From the IMG/VR virus record IMGVR_UViG_3300013121_000027, positions 64,001 through 128,000 of that record: DNA of 64,000 nt. One strand, written 5' to 3'. Below the pieces are notes generated by a model. The model had not been told where the DNA came from, did not search any database, and saw only the letters and a list, made by a program, of their open reading frames with translations. The stretch comes from a virus. Its lineage: Duplodnaviria > Caudoviricetes. A program made the translations under genes and the position numbers. Positions 38,862-50,020 of this stretch are shown here, piece after piece; positions within the stretch are counted from its first letter, which is position 1; every line of letters starts with the position of its first letter.

Positions 38862-39176
38862 ATGCCTAAAATTAATTCAAACGCATCAGACAAACAACAG
38901 GACGCAATGACTACTACAACAAACTTAATGCAAAATATTTCAATCTCTTCAGATCCAGTTGTCATAACTGCAGTACAGAGAAAGGCAAATATCGGCAACT
39001 ATGAAACCGTGGATATCTACATGGCAGTAGCAATTCCGCAAAAAGATCTGAATCTTTTAGACAAAGAAATGCTTAAAGAGCAGCTTGCTGAGGCAGCTGA
39101 TTATGGCTTCTCTGTCGTGGCAAAGACAACGGGGGAAAAGTATTTAGCAATAAAAGAAAGCATAAAGGGTAGGTAA
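38862..39176 (+). CDS. hypothetical protein
   Basis: RKANIGNYETVD; SD GAGG. Confidence 0.6.
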   Translation: MPKINSNASDKQQDAMTTTTNLMQNISISSDPVVITAVQRKANIGNYETVDIYMAVAIPQKDLNLLDKEMLKEQLAEAADYGFSVVAKTTGEKYLAIKESIKGR

Positions 39177-39184
39177 TACAAAAT

Positions 39185-39216
39185 AAAAGGGGAGCCCCTT
39201 CGGGGGCTCTTTTTTT
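39185..39216. terminator. bidirectional intrinsic terminator
   Basis: GAGCCCC-TTCG-GGGGCTC flanked by A and T runs between convergent genes. Confidence 0.85.
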
Positions 39217-40033
39217 ATGCATCAAAAAGCTTTACCATAATAAATCTACCCTTAAGGTTTATACTGCTTGCGCTACCATTAAAAGCCCATACTTTAACAG
39301 GATCTCCAGCAGCTAAATCGCAAAGAGCAAAAGTCGAGCTTCCAGCACCTCCAGATCCCGCTCTCCAACCCGGAGTTGCAGCTGGAGTACCGGTATCTAT
39401 TTGTATGTAGTCTGTTGATGTATTGGCAAATCCATAAACACTCGTAGCTATTATATAAAGTCCATCTTTAGCTACTGGGATTGTTACTGTTGTATTAGGA
39501 ACAGAAACAACAAATCCATCAGTATCAGTTGGTTTTGTATCCCAAGATATATATGCGCCAGAGGTTCCGCCCAAAGCTTGGACGGCAGTCCTTGTCATAA
39601 TTAGTTTACTTGATGCGGCAACTTTTTGATATGTTATGGCATCGGCAGCTATTTTATTTGCACTAACCGCACCATCCAATATTTTATCTGAAGTAACAGC
39701 AGCGCTTTTTAGTTTATCCGAACTGACACTATTATTTCCTAATTTAAATTCATTGACAGCAAGGTTTTGTATTTTAGCGGTTGAGATAGAGTTATCCAAC
39801 ATAGTAGAAACCATTGAGGATCCAATGGACGCAAGATCATTTTCAATATCTTGAAGTCTGGCTTTTACTGTTTCAAATCCGCCCTGCGGTAAAATACCCA
39901 AAACTGCCTGTATAGCTTCAATAGCATCGTTTACGTTTGCATGCTGCTGGGCGTGTGGTACTACGCCAGAATTTGTAAGGTCACTGCTTGACGGATTGGA
40001 AAAATTGTCAAGGCTATTCGGATAATTAGACAT
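39215..40033 (-). CDS. virion/tail-fibre-like protein
   Basis: NYPNSLD..HAQQHANVNDAIEAIQ and repeated AVT..KI.DGAV motifs. Confidence 0.65.
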   Translation of the reverse strand: MSNYPNSLDNFSNPSSSDLTNSGVVPHAQQHANVNDAIEAIQAVLGILPQGGFETVKARLQDIENDLASIGSSMVSTMLDNSISTAKIQNLAVNEFKLGNNSVSSDKLKSAAVTSDKILDGAVSANKIAADAITYQKVAASSKLIMTRTAVQALGGTSGAYISWDTKPTDTDGFVVSVPNTTVTIPVAKDGLYIIATSVYGFANTSTDYIQIDTGTPAATPGWRAGSGGAGSSTFALCDLAAGDPVKVWAFNGSASSINLKGRFIMVKLFDA

Positions 40034-40061
40034 TGTTGAACCACCTCAGATATAGGACTGT

Positions 40062-40991
40062 CTAAATAGTAAACTCTTTTTCGAGTATATGTCTTATTTC
40101 GTCTCTTATTTCTTGGATCTGAGCTCTACATGTATTAGGGTGCTCTGTTGTTTTTATAGCAATCTGCGATGCCTTTAATCCATCAACAAATCTCCACTTA
40201 ATAAGTTGTCTTTGTTGTATTGTTAATTGATCAAATGGGAATATTGTTGTTTCGCCTAATACCCAAAATTCATCAAATTCTATATGAGAAGCATGCATTA
40301 TGACATCCTCAAGAGATTCAGTTTCCGGTATAACTGTCGTGTGAGATACGTTTTCATCAACAAAAGCAGATGATACACCATCGTCTGTATATAGTGGAAA
40401 AGACTTTCTGCCCAATTGATATATTAAAAATGTATCTACGTTCTTTTTTAACACAAAATAGAAATAGCTATATATAAATCCACTAAATGGAATAGATCCC
40501 TTTCGCTTGTATTTACTTACGCATGTTAAAAATGTCATCTGAACGGTCTGTTTAACGTCAGCCTCTTCGGCATATCTATTAACCATATATTGAATACCAC
40601 GCATTGTTTCATTAACTGATTTATACGTTTTATGATTTATTTGATTTCGCCTTAGTCTTCTTCTGACTTCAGGATCTGGAATAAAAAGAGAAATAAAAAG
40701 TCGGACATCATAGTCATGCAAGTCATACTTTGACTTATATAAAAGAGCAGTATATTTTAAGATAAAATTATTGAAAACCTTTAATAACTCAGCCTGATCG
40801 CGAATACTTCCAGCTTGAGCTTTTTCAATTATATTCTGCAGGTCTTCTTCTGGTATATTATAATAATTTGCCGAGACAGCTTTCCTTGCTTTCTCTTTCT
40901 TTTTAGCCTCATCAACAATAATATTATCATCATCAGGCGCAGTAGGTTCGGTCTTTTTCTTAGCTCTTGGCATTAGTGCCGCCCTTCCCAA
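40062..40991 (-). CDS. phage RNA polymerase sigma factor
   Basis: IIEKAQAG....AELL..F, region-2-like DVKQ..FL..V.KY..F.G, region 4 LTIQQRQLIKWRFVDGLKASQIA. Confidence 0.75.
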   Translation of the reverse strand: MGRAALMPRAKKKTEPTAPDDDNIIVDEAKKKEKARKAVSANYYNIPEEDLQNIIEKAQAGSIRDQAELLKVFNNFILKYTALLYKSKYDLHDYDVRLFISLFIPDPEVRRRLRRNQINHKTYKSVNETMRGIQYMVNRYAEEADVKQTVQMTFLTCVSKYKRKGSIPFSGFIYSYFYFVLKKNVDTFLIYQLGRKSFPLYTDDGVSSAFVDENVSHTTVIPETESLEDVIMHASHIEFDEFWVLGETTIFPFDQLTIQQRQLIKWRFVDGLKASQIAIKTTEHPNTCRAQIQEIRDEIRHILEKEFTI

Positions 40992-41560
40992 TGCGCAATT
41001 TTATTAGCGTATAGTTTAACTAAATGCTCATAGAATAAAATATTCTGTACGCCTAACTTCTTAAAGAAGAATTTATTATTCTTATTACTCTTAGATATAA
41101 TGACAGAAAGTTTTTTAAACTCTTCTGGATAGTGTTTCTTGAATTTGCGAAGTTTATTTCTACCCCGTGCATCTAACATACCTTTTACTTCTATATATTC
41201 TTCAGTCTTATTTAGATATATATCAGGAAGATAGGCACTTGTTCTACCGCGTACGTCTGGTGGAAATGAGAATACGGTTGGTTCAAATTCAAAATCTATC
41301 TTAAATAATTGTAGAACCCTTAAGACGTCTGATTCCCAAGAACTTCTACATACTATTCCGCCAAGGTCACTTCTTGCGCCAGTCTTGGTATGCTGGTACG
41401 CATTGCCTTTAGTTTTTTTCTTTTTGTTGGCGATAAGGACAGGGGCATCAGCCGTTGCTTGCTCGGGAGTTAACTTCTTTTGGGCTCGCGGATTTTTTAT
41501 CCTGCTCCTTGATTTAAAGAAAGTATCCTCAAAGGACAAATCATTATCATCTTCCCTCAT
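40973..41560 (-). CDS. PD-(D/E)XK endonuclease
   Basis: RSSWE, FEFEP, YLPDIYL, YIEVKG. Confidence 0.82.
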   Translation of the reverse strand: MREDDNDLSFEDTFFKSRSRIKNPRAQKKLTPEQATADAPVLIANKKKKTKGNAYQHTKTGARSDLGGIVCRSSWESDVLRVLQLFKIDFEFEPTVFSFPPDVRGRTSAYLPDIYLNKTEEYIEVKGMLDARGRNKLRKFKKHYPEEFKKLSVIISKSNKNNKFFFKKLGVQNILFYEHLVKLYANKIAHWEGRH

Positions 41561-41632
41561 CTGTCCTCCAAATTACAAAGGTGTTACACTTTATATATTA
41601 TAACATACTCTGAAAAAAAAACCAAAAAGAGG

Positions 41633-41661
41633 TTGCAAAAAGTAGGAGATGGTGATAAAGT
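41633..41661 (+). promoter_or_regulatory. sigma70-type promoter for a leaderless ORF at 41669-41881
   Basis: TTGCAA-17 nt-TAAAGT, ATG 7 nt downstream. Confidence 0.55.
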
Positions 41662-41834
41662 ACCATCCATGAATACAGACAACACATTCAACACATTAGT
41701 AGCCGACTCCTTCACTCGCATTAACGATGAAGTCTATTGCAATCTGGTAGATATGGGTTTTCAATCCGACGACTCCTACCGTCTATCCTATATAGATATC
41801 CCGTTAGATAATCCAGAAGTGGAAACTATTGTTT

Positions 41835-42632
41835 TCAATCACTCAGAAGATTTTGACGACGCAATCTTAATTGCCCTGTAGGACAAATACCATCCTTAGC
41901 ATAAGAACACCATCTACAAGCTCTTTCGTTAGAGGTAGTAGTAAAATTTTCTTTAGCTACAATTTCATTAACTTTATCTAACAAAATAGATTCAACTTGC
42001 GAGAGGTCATCTTCTGTAAAGAGATGACCTTTTGCTTTACCCGTTCGTAAATAATAAAGTTCCGCATATATTTCTTTGCCTGGAAAGAGATTTTTTACAG
42101 CCAGAGCATAAATACCCAATTGTAAATTAGACTGAATATTTTTATAAGCCACTTCCTGTTTACCGGATTTATAATCGCGTATAGTGATACGATTTTCATC
42201 TTCAGCAACGAAGTCAATAAAGCCATTAAATCTCGCAGGTCCTAAAACGAATGAGAATTGTAATTCCTTAGAGTGTAGATTAATCTTATCCGGAAACATA
42301 TCTACAAATTGTGTAAGCATGAGCTCGCCATCAGCAATCATGTGATCTGGAATGTTTTTCTCAGGATCATAGTCGCCCACTGCCGCGCTATAATTATCAA
42401 GTAGCTCTCTCAGATTTATTTTTTCTCCGTCTTCTAAAGAAATCTCTAAGGCTTTATGTATAATGTTTCCCAATAAAGCCGGATTACCAAAATCAGCAGG
42501 TTCTTTAAGAACATAAGAATAGAAGTATCTGGCTTCGCATTCGGAAAACGTATTAATTCTACTGTAGGAAAAATCTTGTAGAACTAATCTATGAAGTGGA
42601 TCTATATCTTGTTCTCGCTTAATCATTTTCAA
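41835..42632 (-). CDS. Cas4/RecB-like PD-(D/E)XK exonuclease
   Basis: FSYSRI..F..C, GNIIH, GFID, DYKSG, QLGIY, CRWC..C. Confidence 0.88.
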   Translation of the reverse strand: MKMIKREQDIDPLHRLVLQDFSYSRINTFSECEARYFYSYVLKEPADFGNPALLGNIIHKALEISLEDGEKINLRELLDNYSAAVGDYDPEKNIPDHMIADGELMLTQFVDMFPDKINLHSKELQFSFVLGPARFNGFIDFVAEDENRITIRDYKSGKQEVAYKNIQSNLQLGIYALAVKNLFPGKEIYAELYYLRTGKAKGHLFTEDDLSQVESILLDKVNEIVAKENFTTTSNERACRWCSYAKDGICPTGQLRLRRQNLLSD

Positions 42633-42996
42633 ATAAAAATCTCGTCAATTCTCTATTACGTCTTAACGTATCCAATAAGGTACCGGTTAACATTGATACT
42701 ATTCTTTCTTCATCTGCCTCTGAATAAGCCCAGCCGCCTACTAACGCCCAGATCGCATGCAGAATTTCGTGCAGCAAAGTATCCGCAATAACGTCTTCTT
42801 TGTGTCCGTTAGCAAGAAAAATAGTTTGATCTTTGGGAGATAAACACCCATACACCATTCCAGTGGAGTGTTGCTGTTCTTCCTCTTGAGAAGATAGACT
42901 CCGAAGTTTTTCCGTAATATTTTCTATAAACTCTATAGAGTATTTAAACGGACCAACTTGTACAACGCTTGGGATCTTATTCTTTTTCTCGGTCAT
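42619..42996 (-). CDS. HEXXH metallopeptidase-like protein
   Basis: TLLHEILHA...EERIV. Confidence 0.7.
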   Translation of the reverse strand: MTEKKNKIPSVVQVGPFKYSIEFIENITEKLRSLSSQEEEQQHSTGMVYGCLSPKDQTIFLANGHKEDVIADTLLHEILHAIWALVGGWAYSEADEERIVSMLTGTLLDTLRRNRELTRFLFEND

Positions 42997-43795
42997 GCCA
43001 CCACTCGTATTCTTGATCTAAATACCATTTATTTTCTAATAATTCTTTATCAAATTCATTTGGATCAAAGACAAGTTCATCTTTTTCGTTAAAGACACGA
43101 CCATCTGGATCTATTTTTTCTTTAGTTTTCTTATTAAGAAACCATCCATTCTCAATTGGAATTAAATTGCTCTCTCCAAATTCAACAAAATCATTAGACA
43201 TTTTTACGCTCCAATGAGATAGCATCTTTCATTTCTTTTAGGTAAAATAAGATATTATCTATTTGATTCTCTTTCAATTCAACTAAAGCGACACCAACCT
43301 TAAGCCAAATTCGATAATCATCTTCCCCTAATTGGTATAGGCTAAGAGATATATCGTCGTCCTCACCCTCAATAGTGCCTATAAAATCAGCTTGCATCCT
43401 TAGGAACCTCCCCTAAGTTTTTAAAGTGAGACGAGGAATACTTACCATCTATAAGTATTGGATCATAATTAGGATTATCTAATTTTTCTCTTAGATCCCA
43501 AACATAAGATTCCCAATCTTTTTCATCTTGCGTTTTAGATTCTGTAATAATCTTAGTCTTAAACGGATTAGTCTTATACTTGCTAATAATAAGTCTTCCA
43601 TCTTTGGCTCTCCATCTAAGGATTCCTTGCGTGCAAGAGCAGAAGTCATCGGGATCGGGATCAGTTCTCAAAAATGGATCATGACGTCCGCTACATTTAT
43701 TACATTTGGTATACCGACCTTTATCCTCGCATCTATAGCATGCAGGGCATGTTTTCCAGCATGTTTTGCTGGATGGATTAATACTAATAATCATG

Positions 43796-46700
43796 TTAAA
43801 CCTCTAACAAAAGCTTTAAAGTGGGTTCTACACTCTTGGATGTGGTAGTATTAAATCTAATTTTAACTTCACTACCATTATCTAAAAATGTAAGAAATAC
43901 TGGACTATTTCCTTTATTATTATCTATTATATCATTTATTCTTTTTAATTGCGAAACAGATACTTCATTGAGGGAATTGAGGAAAATTGGAGTACCACCT
44001 ATAAGGTGATTGTCATCAACCTTTTCCACATCAAATGCGATAATCCCAATAGAAGTATTCTCATCTTCCCCATCCTTTCTCGTCTTGCCGACAGCTACCA
44101 CAATGTCCCCGACTTTAAATGGATCATCGGGCAAATTTATAGCTTGCTGCGGCATGATAGTAATCTCTATCCCGTCCTGCTCATCTTCTATCCAGAGGAC
44201 AAACATTTTCTTTCCTTGTCTCGTTATCTTTTTAGTGCAACTAATAACAACACCAGATACTTTTACTTTTTCTTGCGCTGACATTTTTAACACTTGCGAA
44301 ATGGTATGTGTTGCCTTGCCCTCAACTAAATCTTTTACATTGTTAAATGGGTGATCACTTAGAAAGATACCTAACGTATTTAATTCTCTATATAGAACCT
44401 CGTTTTTCGTCTTTCTATTAAAGTTAACGTTTGGCAAATCTAATTGAGCAAAGAAATCATCTAAACATCCCGCATCTATAAGACTTGAGACGGTCCCACG
44501 ATCAAGATATTCATTATCTGCATCTCTTAGAAATTGAAAAAGATTAACATATTCTTTCTTATCTCTTCCTATAAGTTCTACGGATTTTTCACCAAATCCT
44601 TTAACAGATTCAAATCCATAGACAATTTCTTTATCGTTTAAAACATCGAATTCAGCGTTTCTTTTTTGGATAGAGGGGGGAAGAACTTTTATTCCCTTCT
44701 TTTTGCATTCACCCAAATAAAGTCTTAACTTATCCTTATTGGTAGTCTTAGAGCCAAGCGATGTCATAGCTGCTGCCATGAATTCTGTGGTGTATTTGAT
44801 TTTAAAGAATGCCGTGAGATAAGATGTATATGCATAAGCAAAGGCATGGCATTTACCAAAGCTATAGTCTGCGTGATGCTCTATCTCTTTGAAGAGCTGT
44901 TCAGCGATTTGATGTGGCATTTGAGATGTTGAAACGCATCCGTCAATAAATTGAGTACGCCATTTTTTCATCTCTTCTGGAATCTTTTTACCTACAGCTT
45001 TACGAAGACCGTCAGAATCTGGCACCGAAAATCCTGCAACGAATCTTGCAATATCTAACACCTGTTCCTGATAAACTAAAAGCCCATAGGTATCTTTTAG
45101 ATATGGCTCTAATGCCTGGTGAAGATATTTAACTGGCTTTCTACCATGTTTACGTTCCACATATTCAAGATGGAAATTAGAACCCATCGGACCTGGGCGA
45201 TAAAGGGCGATCAGCGCCGCAATATCTTTCAAGCAGGTAGGTTTCATGGCGACCAGAAGATTTAATAATCCATCGCTTTCGAGTTGGAAAACACCAATAT
45301 TATCCCCGCTACCTAATCCCGCATAGACTTCTTGATCTTCATCATCTACAAGTAGATATGGTTCTTGGAAAACTAATCCCTTTGTTTTTTCTATAGTATC
45401 CATAGCCATTACTTCCATAGAGATATTTCTAAGTCCAAGAAAGTCAATTTTTAAAAGACCAAGACGGTCGATTTGTTTCATATCCCATTGGGTTATAATG
45501 GGTTTATCCTCGCCCTTTTGAAGAACTGGTACATATTCAATGATTGGTTTATCAGTAATAACTAATCCAGCCGCATGAACTCCAACCTGACGCCATTGTC
45601 CCTCAAATACTTTTGCGATATCTATAATCTCACGTGCTACTTCGTCTTTTTCATACAGTCGCAAAAACTCTTCAGATTTTAGACACTCATCAAGACTCTT
45701 GCTCTTGCCATAAAGAGCGGGTGGCATGGCTTTATTAATCTCGTCACCTACAGAATAGGGATGGTTAAGTACGCGCGCAACATCCTTAATCGCTGTCTTT
45801 GCTCCGATTTCGGAGACGGTCCCAATCTGGGCAGTGTGATCGAATCCATACTTATTTCTTGTGTATTGGATTACCGCATCCCTATATCTATCATCGAAGT
45901 CCAAGTCAATATCTGGCAGAGATTTACGCCCCGGTATTAAGAAACGCTCAAAGGGAAGACCATACTTAAGAGGGTTAACTTCAGTAATCTTCATGCAGTA
46001 TGAGACTAAAGATCCAGCAGCAGAACCACGACCTGCGCCTGCCATAATTTTATTCTGTCGTGCCCACTCTACAATGTCCGCAACGATCAAGAAATAATTA
46101 GGAAATCCCATCTCACAGATGACGCCTATCTCATATTGAAGACGATCAAATACTTCCTTATTATCTCTCCAATTAGAACCAAATCTTTCTCCTGCCCCAC
46201 GATAAATCCAATCTTTGAAATGATCATCTACAGTCTGATTGTTAGGCACTGGAAAATTAGGCATGTGGCTATCGCCAAATTGAAGATTTACCTCATGCTT
46301 TTCAAGGACTAAAAGAGTATTCTTTAAGTACTCTTCAGGAAAAATCTGAGCCATTTCATCATAAGACTTAAGATAGAAGTGTGGTCCAGAAAATTTAAAT
46401 CTATTAGGCGTATCTATTCGGCTACCGGTATTCACACACAATAAAATGTCATGCTCGTGGGCATGTTCCTTACATACATAATGCGAATCGCAAGTAGCAA
46501 CGATCGGAGCATTAAGATAGTTGGCTATTTCAATCAGTTTTGGATAGTTACGAATCTCTTCTTCGATACCGTGATTCTGAACTTCAATAAAGTAATTCTC
46601 TTTACCCACAATGTCTTGCATTCTTGCTGCTGCATTGCGAGCAAAATCAAAATCATCACGAAGAAGAGCCTGCTGTACTTCTCCTGAGAGGCAGCCAGAT

Positions 46701-47134
46701 AGGGCTACAAGCCCCTTAGAATGCTGCGCCAGTAGTTCATGGTCAACTCGTGGTTTGACATAAAAACCTTCCAAGTATGCTTTAGAAGATAGCTTAATGA
46801 TATTATTATAGCCTTCATTGTTATAAGCTATAATTCCAAGGTGATAAGGTCCACGCTGTGCCCACTCAGCGCTTTCCTTACCCGACTGCTCTTCTGGATC
46901 TTTATCGAAGCGTGTCTTACGTGCTTGGTAAAATTCAATACCAGGTAAGTATTTTAGCCCATATTTTTGGGCAGCGTCATACCCATCTAAAAGCCCATGT
47001 AGATTACCGTGCTCCGTAAAGCAGATACCTTTCATTCCAAGAGCCTGAGCTCTCGCTGCATACTCGTCAAACTTCGCCATACCATCCAGCAGAGATGAAG
47101 TGCTATGGGCATGAAGATTAGCGTACTCTTTCAT
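43796..47134 (-). CDS. dnaE: DNA polymerase III alpha subunit
   Basis: PHP LHAHS..SLLDG, GRGSAAGSLV, PDIDLDF, HAAG, LLKIDFLGL, ALYRPGP, OB fold. Confidence 0.97.
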   Translation of the reverse strand: MKEYANLHAHSTSSLLDGMAKFDEYAARAQALGMKGICFTEHGNLHGLLDGYDAAQKYGLKYLPGIEFYQARKTRFDKDPEEQSGKESAEWAQRGPYHLGIIAYNNEGYNNIIKLSSKAYLEGFYVKPRVDHELLAQHSKGLVALSGCLSGEVQQALLRDDFDFARNAAARMQDIVGKENYFIEVQNHGIEEEIRNYPKLIEIANYLNAPIVATCDSHYVCKEHAHEHDILLCVNTGSRIDTPNRFKFSGPHFYLKSYDEMAQIFPEEYLKNTLLVLEKHEVNLQFGDSHMPNFPVPNNQTVDDHFKDWIYRGAGERFGSNWRDNKEVFDRLQYEIGVICEMGFPNYFLIVADIVEWARQNKIMAGAGRGSAAGSLVSYCMKITEVNPLKYGLPFERFLIPGRKSLPDIDLDFDDRYRDAVIQYTRNKYGFDHTAQIGTVSEIGAKTAIKDVARVLNHPYSVGDEINKAMPPALYGKSKSLDECLKSEEFLRLYEKDEVAREIIDIAKVFEGQWRQVGVHAAGLVITDKPIIEYVPVLQKGEDKPIITQWDMKQIDRLGLLKIDFLGLRNISMEVMAMDTIEKTKGLVFQEPYLLVDDEDQEVYAGLGSGDNIGVFQLESDGLLNLLVAMKPTCLKDIAALIALYRPGPMGSNFHLEYVERKHGRKPVKYLHQALEPYLKDTYGLLVYQEQVLDIARFVAGFSVPDSDGLRKAVGKKIPEEMKKWRTQFIDGCVSTSQMPHQIAEQLFKEIEHHADYSFGKCHAFAYAYTSYLTAFFKIKYTTEFMAAAMTSLGSKTTNKDKLRLYLGECKKKGIKVLPPSIQKRNAEFDVLNDKEIVYGFESVKGFGEKSVELIGRDKKEYVNLFQFLRDADNEYLDRGTVSSLIDAGCLDDFFAQLDLPNVNFNRKTKNEVLYRELNTLGIFLSDHPFNNVKDLVEGKATHTISQVLKMSAQEKVKVSGVVISCTKKITRQGKKMFVLWIEDEQDGIEITIMPQQAINLPDDPFKVGDIVVAVGKTRKDGEDENTSIGIIAFDVEKVDDNHLIGGTPIFLNSLNEVSVSQLKRINDIIDNNKGNSPVFLTFLDNGSEVKIRFNTTTSKSVEPTLKLLLEV

Positions 47135-47592
47135 TCAAATCCTTTATTTTTAAGAAAAGTCGATAGCAGAAGATTTTGTCTATAGTCATTTAATTTATGT
47201 AAATGTGATGTATCTACAACTTCAAGATGTTTACCATACAAAACGATATCTTTACCTAATAAACTGGTTCCAGTTTTATATCGTTTATGTGTCGAAGGAT
47301 CATGGAAAACCGTTCCACCCTCATGCATTAAAATCGCATGAGTTCCATTCTCATAATTTAAAGAACGCACAGTTGCAATCCATAAAGAAGTTCTCCATAT
47401 TGGACCATTGGCAGTTTCATCCGGAGAAAGCTCTAATCCAAATTGTCCAAGAAATTTTCTCCAAGTAAAATACCATATTGGTGAATGATCATTTGGTAAA
47501 ACTTCAGGCGGTAATTGAAGTAATGTAGCCATACAGGCACGAAAGCAATCACCAATTTCAGAATCAACAATAAGTTGATTGTATTTTTTCAT
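47131..47592 (-). CDS. hypothetical protein (papain-like Cys/His peptidase fold?)
   Basis: GDCFRACMATLL...HAI...HDP. Confidence 0.5.
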   Translation of the reverse strand: MKKYNQLIVDSEIGDCFRACMATLLQLPPEVLPNDHSPIWYFTWRKFLGQFGLELSPDETANGPIWRTSLWIATVRSLNYENGTHAILMHEGGTVFHDPSTHKRYKTGTSLLGKDIVLYGKHLEVVDTSHLHKLNDYRQNLLLSTFLKNKGFE

Positions 47593-47597
47593 ATATA

Positions 47598-47966
47598 TTA
47601 CTCTCGTTTTCCGCCAAAGTATGCAACACCATGTCCGGCTTGTATAATAGATTCACTAATGTTAGTTATTCCGGGTGCTATTGCTGATGGATCAATGAAG
47701 GCTAAATACCTACCATACTTTTCTTGCACTTTAACTGTCTTAAGTTTAAGTGGAAAATCTTCACCATTGAGAGTACCAGAAAGTACGTGCTGGACATAAT
47801 CTTTTGCTTCTTTATATCCAGGTTGCCCATGTTCAGGAGTATTAACCCCAGCGAGTCTTACATGCAATACGTGATGAATCCCAAATCCAAGGTCTATTTC
47901 AACCTCTACAGTATCGCCATCTACAGCGCGAATAAATGCCGCCTTATAATTATACAAATCACTCAT
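47598..47966 (-). CDS. thermonuclease (SNase-like)
   Basis: AVDGDTV, IDLGF, VRLAGVNTPE, KYGRYLA. Confidence 0.9.
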   Translation of the reverse strand: MSDLYNYKAAFIRAVDGDTVEVEIDLGFGIHHVLHVRLAGVNTPEHGQPGYKEAKDYVQHVLSGTLNGEDFPLKLKTVKVQEKYGRYLAFIDPSAIAPGITNISESIIQAGHGVAYFGGKRE

Positions 47967-48436
47967 CGATCATCCCCACTTCCAGAAAGGGTTCCCTCTT
48001 CCTTACGCTTAGCAAGTTTTCCGATATTAATTCTGGCTACATCTTCTAATGTCATTCCAAGATCTTTAGCGATGTTTGCGCAATACCATAAAACATCACC
48101 AACCTCTTTAGCTATCGCTTGACGATCTTCCTCTTCCATGAAGAGAAGATTCTGGATACCGCCCTTATCTCTAATGAGTTTCTTAATCTTTTCAGCTACT
48201 TCGCCCGCCTCACCGGCGAGCCCCAACGCTGGGTAAATTATAAGATCCTTATAGATTGCGGTTCCACGAGCAATTCTTTGATATTTATTCATTTCTAATG
48301 GCATTTTGGGTATTTCATCTTTCTCTAATTCTGGATTACACCAAATACAAACGTATTCTTCACCGTCATAATAATCGCTTTCCAACCATTGGAGTTGGTG
48401 CACGCATAAACCGTTTTTAGCTGATAACTTCACCAC
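47963..48436 (-). CDS. MazG-like NTP pyrophosphohydrolase
   Basis: LGLAGEAGEVAEKIKK, KEVGDVLWY, NIGKL..R...GSGDDR. Confidence 0.9.
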   Translation of the reverse strand: MVKLSAKNGLCVHQLQWLESDYYDGEEYVCIWCNPELEKDEIPKMPLEMNKYQRIARGTAIYKDLIIYPALGLAGEAGEVAEKIKKLIRDKGGIQNLLFMEEEDRQAIAKEVGDVLWYCANIAKDLGMTLEDVARINIGKLAKRKEEGTLSGSGDDR

Positions 48437-48619
48437 TATCTCTACGCTTTCTCAGGCTTTCAACTTGACTTAAATCGGTAACTATTACAGGTCCATGACA
48501 AAATGGACAAACTCCCATCATCCCTTGCTGTAAGAATTTATCTTTTTCTGCGAGATGATCCGGGATAACAGTTCCGCATCCTGTGCAAAATGCAACTACA
48601 GTATCGTCTTCTGGTATAC

Positions 48620-49918
48620 TCATAATTTTCCTTTCGGTATTGTGTAAGTGTGGCGAATAGGGCTTGGTGCGCTAAATTCTTCCGTCTCTATATATTTATT
48701 ATTGCCCAAAGTAATAATCTTTTTCTTTGGTTCCATTCCATCACAGCTACTACACATTATACCAACTTGCTTTGCTTTTGTACAGGTGAAAGGTCTACCG
48801 CCTATACCATATTCTCTTCTTTTTATCCAATCTTGGATATGAGAATTGGTGACCTCAAAGTTATAATCGGTACATTGTGATAGTGTTTTATGTAAAAAAT
48901 CTATAGCATCCGTTGTATAAGTAAGAAGCGAACAAAGAAAAAGTCGCTCATAGTGTTCAAGATGATGTTGGCTATTGGCTTTATTTACTAAATCTCTTGC
49001 TGCTGGACAATTTTTAAATAGCTTAAATTGATCAAATCTTTTATCTAAATCAAAAGATTCTCTAATACCACCAGATCCCTGCTCTAAAAATCGAGAGAGT
49101 AAATCTTGTTGCGAGGATGTTTTAATTAGTTTGTCTTGTTCAAACTTATAAACAAATTCTCGATACCAAAAGTTGGCATGGGGATTAAAAACCTGTTCTG
49201 GTACTTCTTCTTCTCTTGGTTGAGATGCCCAATCTTGTATTTCCCCTATAGAAGCATTCGCCTTAATAAGGTCTTTGCATGGGACTTTAAATAGTCCGCT
49301 CTTCTGATGTCTCGTATTAGGCAAGCGCCACATTCTACGAATGTCATACACCTGGAAGTCCATACTAGATATATCTAATTCTTCAGCTAATGTATGAGCT
49401 ATGAAACTATATATATTAGATAAGTCTTCTGAGGTACCAGTATTTAAACAAATCGCTTCGCATTCTATATGAAAACCTTTCCCTCCAGAAAAATAAATTC
49501 TGATAGCATCGTCGGGAACATACTGAATCAAATATTCATATAGTTTATGGGAATCTTCCAACGATTGAGAAAGATCCTGCGAGTCTAAATCGAAGTAGAG
49601 TGAGCTCATGTACGAAGCCGAGGAAAAATCCTTACTGTTATATTGAAAAATGGAAGTATATATTCCTTCGTTATTATTCTTAGCAGCAATATCTTTAATC
49701 TCTTCTTCGGAAAAAAGAAAAGGATCACTACCTTCACCCTTTTTTCCCTTTACTTTACGTGCAAGTACCCCTTTTGGATAATCTTCACATGGTGGAATAA
49801 ATACTGCGACTTCAACATATTTGAATAAAGAGGAATACTTAGTGTTGTCATCAGGTAGTCTCATATACTTTTGCCGTTCCTCGTTCAGAACCCATAGTCC
49901 AAAGATGGATCTTTTCAT
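48620..49918 (-). CDS. archaeo-eukaryotic primase with PriL-like Fe-S C-terminal domain
   Basis: LYFDLD, FSGGKGFH, D.QVYDIRRMWRLPNT; CP...L.H.ERLFL...C...FTC...C..C. Confidence 0.82.
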   Translation of the reverse strand: MKRSIFGLWVLNEERQKYMRLPDDNTKYSSLFKYVEVAVFIPPCEDYPKGVLARKVKGKKGEGSDPFLFSEEEIKDIAAKNNNEGIYTSIFQYNSKDFSSASYMSSLYFDLDSQDLSQSLEDSHKLYEYLIQYVPDDAIRIYFSGGKGFHIECEAICLNTGTSEDLSNIYSFIAHTLAEELDISSMDFQVYDIRRMWRLPNTRHQKSGLFKVPCKDLIKANASIGEIQDWASQPREEEVPEQVFNPHANFWYREFVYKFEQDKLIKTSSQQDLLSRFLEQGSGGIRESFDLDKRFDQFKLFKNCPAARDLVNKANSQHHLEHYERLFLCSLLTYTTDAIDFLHKTLSQCTDYNFEVTNSHIQDWIKRREYGIGGRPFTCTKAKQVGIMCSSCDGMEPKKKIITLGNNKYIETEEFSAPSPIRHTYTIPKGKL

Positions 49919-50020
49919 TCTTAAAATACTGTTTCATGTCGCGATGGAAAATTACTTCATCCATAAGCCATTCAAAATTTAATCTAATCCAAAATCGTCT
50001 ATAAAGAACGTTGTCAATGT

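Noticed and set aside
41835-42632. Cas4 as evidence of a CRISPR-Cas system
   Set aside because: Solo Cas4/RecB-like nucleases are routine in phage replication modules.
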